From assembly GCF_964355755.1 (NCBI RefSeq), contig NC_092679.1:1766201-1830200 (forward strand): 64,000 nt of DNA. The letters are read 5' to 3'. Below, piece by piece: positions 61,870 to 64,000 of the stretch. The notes beneath the pieces were generated by a model. It saw only the letters and a program-made list of their open reading frames with translations. It searched no databases and was not told the DNA's origin. This DNA comes from Antedon mediterranea (Eukaryota > Animalia > Echinodermata). Within the stretch, counting starts at the first letter, position 1. Each line of letters begins with the position of its first letter. A program made the position numbers and the translations under genes.

Positions 61870-62224
61870 TAGATATAATACTGGATGTATTGTTGTATAG
61901 TTTTTTTTAATATTATAAATACATCTATTTGGTTACATAAGGGAAAAGAGTGATGCTTACATCATAAATTTATAATCTTTTTCCAAATGTTTTTTTTCTG
62001 CTGTGAAAATTTGATAAACCTCACAAATTTTGCAATTGCAAATGGTTGTCTACAGTTGTACTGTGATACACATCATTAGTATGGATTGAGTGGCCTTTTT
62101 ACATTTATTTGTTAAAGTGTCGTAATAACTGCGCAAACTTTATATCCTTTTCACAGCATGTACTATAGCGAATACTAATGTAAAATAAATGTGCTAAATT
62201 GTCATTACTTTGTGCACTTAACAG

Positions 62225-62396
62225 ATGATAGGCTGACGTCACCGCATCGGGCACTGTCCATGAAAACACCTCTATCCAACTCAATAGTCCTACCAAATGG
62301 TCTTGTGTTAATGAATGCTAAGCTCGGGGCTATCGAACGCAAGCCTACGCTATCGGATTTAGCAGATATGGCACTTACGGAGTCGTATCGAAGGAG
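62225..62396 (+). CDS. FoxN2/3: FoxN2/3 coding exon 6
   Basis: aacag|AT GAT AGG... HDRLTSPHRALSMK...PTLSDLADMALTESYRR AG|gtaggt; phases 1/2 fit. Confidence 0.78.
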
Positions 62397-62665
62397 GTAG
62401 GTATTATTAAATGAGTGAACTCTAGAGGGCACTATAGGTCAAAGTCTTTAAGAATGACCTATTTGATGATGTCAAATATATGTCAATTAGTTTGTTTGAT
62501 AATTTAAATTGATTTATCTTGATTTTAGCCATCTGTTTTGCAACAATAAACATCATCGTCCTCTTCTGTTGTCATTTGGTTTTCTTGTATATATACAGAT
62601 GTCAATGGACTGACCTAGATACTAAGTTATATTATTTTTACTTAATTGTCTCGTTTCTTTTTTAG

Positions 62666-63080
62666 GAGTGGCAATCCTGACAACTGCATCCCATCACCTG
62701 CACCAGCAGAGGATCATACCTATAGTATTGGCTCAGCTGTACGCAGGGCAATCCCATCTGCAGCTCTACCTACCGAGAAGGGTTACACTGCTTCCGAGGA
62801 AGACCCAATGGAGAGTGACATAAGTGATTTCGAGAGTGTCGGTACCGAATCCGAAATGGAGGATGAGGACGAATCCTGCGGACTGGGTGATAGCGGATAT
62901 GGTTGTGGGTTCCGTGGCGAACTGAAGGTTCGTCTACCGATCAAGAAAAGAACAGTGTCTGGTTCTCCGGTGGCCATGCAGACAGCGGATTCAGCAGCTG
63001 TAGAAGGTGCCGATCTGCTGCTCAACTTAGCAGGAGTGACCCGTACGATCACTCCACCAAATCAAATCACAGCGAGATGA
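62666..63080 (+). CDS. FoxN2/3: FoxN2/3 last coding exon
   Basis: EDHTYS (FOXN3 EDHNYS), acidic tract, DSGY, EGADLLLNLAG (FOXN3 EAAGSLLHLAG); spliced CDS totals 1512 nt. Confidence 0.9.
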
Positions 63081-63564
63081 TTTGAGAAAATCTAACAAAC
63101 ATGTAGATAAAAAGTCAGGGTGATCCTTTTCCAAAACTGGTGCCACTAAGAAGAAAGATGTTTGATTCAGCTGATCAGAAAGGGATGAGTTTATCCTCGC
63201 ATCAGAAATGTGCTATACTACATTAAGAAAACTGTTTGAAGAAGTTTATTGCCTAATAAGTGAAAGGTTACTGGTATTATGTAACCGATTAACATTTTCC
63301 ATTTTTAGTGTCTGATGGATGGAAACTATTGATGTACATGAGATTGTGTATATTGGAATGAAAAATGCATCAACTATTTAATTATCTTCCAACGGCCTAC
63401 TTGGCTGTGATGATTGTTTTTTGCTAAAACACTCATCAACGCATTGTTTTGGACATGTTTGTCGTGTTAGAACAAAGCTAATTTCGTCAAGTTTACAAAG
63501 CACTCGTTGCGTTATTTGAATTAAACTAGAAAATACTAATGTGTTCGGAGTTCAGTGCCAAACC

Positions 63565-63792
63565 CTTTAGTATCGAATTAAGAATGTCCGTAAGATTCAC
63601 ACGGATTTAATAAGTCCGCTAGTATTGTATCGAGTGTTTCGTACAATTAACACAGCTGTGATAACTTAACTAGTATTGTAGAATGTCTGTAAGATTCACA
63701 TGGCTATGATGGGTCCGCTAGAGTGTCGTAAAATGACATGGCTGCGACTCCTAGTATCGTAGAATGTCGTAAGACTCGCAAAGCTGTGATGT
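63565..63792. repeat. Degenerate tandem repeat in FoxN2/3 3' region
   Basis: agaatgtc..gtaaga(t/c)tc recurs near 63581, 63680 and 63761 with ctagtat(t/c)gta blocks. Confidence 0.6.
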
Positions 63793-64000
63793 TCCCTGGA
63801 ATATTTCCAACGCAACTCCCATAAACTGTGCTTCCAAATAATGTATGATTTTTTTATACATTTATATATTTAATGGCGCACGAGGCAAACTTGCATGAGT
63901 TTGCGATTATTGTGTTGTCATGTATATAAATATATATTTTTATGTTAATATATAGTTTAGTTTTTATGTTCGTTGGGTAAAAGATTAGTAGGAAAATAGT

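Overview
AT-rich, intron-containing animal genomic DNA (marine invertebrate, plausibly a deuterostome; the species cannot be determined from the sequence). Four genes can be reconstructed by hand: (1) a Fos-family bZIP gene on the minus strand (exons 2970-3077 and 2434-2814; first coding exon unresolved, possibly just ATG-GAG at 4198-4203); (2) a single-exon orphan class-A GPCR (14302-15465) with almost no N-terminal ectodomain; (3) LCLAT1, lysocardiolipin acyltransferase (6 coding exons, 16699-19607, including a 10-nt micro-exon, 391 aa); (4) a large FoxN2/3 forkhead gene (7 coding exons, 41516-63080, about 503 aa; probable non-coding 5' exons back to about 24 kb). Non-coding DNA holds about 13 copies of a Harbinger-type MITE, Kolobok-, pogo- and P-like non-autonomous elements, a Helentron/HINE-like element carrying four tRNA-Val-derived copies, a tandem repeat carrying a tRNA-like gene with an ATC anticodon, and several minisatellites. 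Most notable: a 95-bp tandem array of perfect CArG (SRF) boxes upstream of Fos, about 20 RFX X-box-like palindromes clustered through FoxN2/3, and 24-bp palindromes resembling P-element excision footprints. All calls come from reading by eye; no searches were run.
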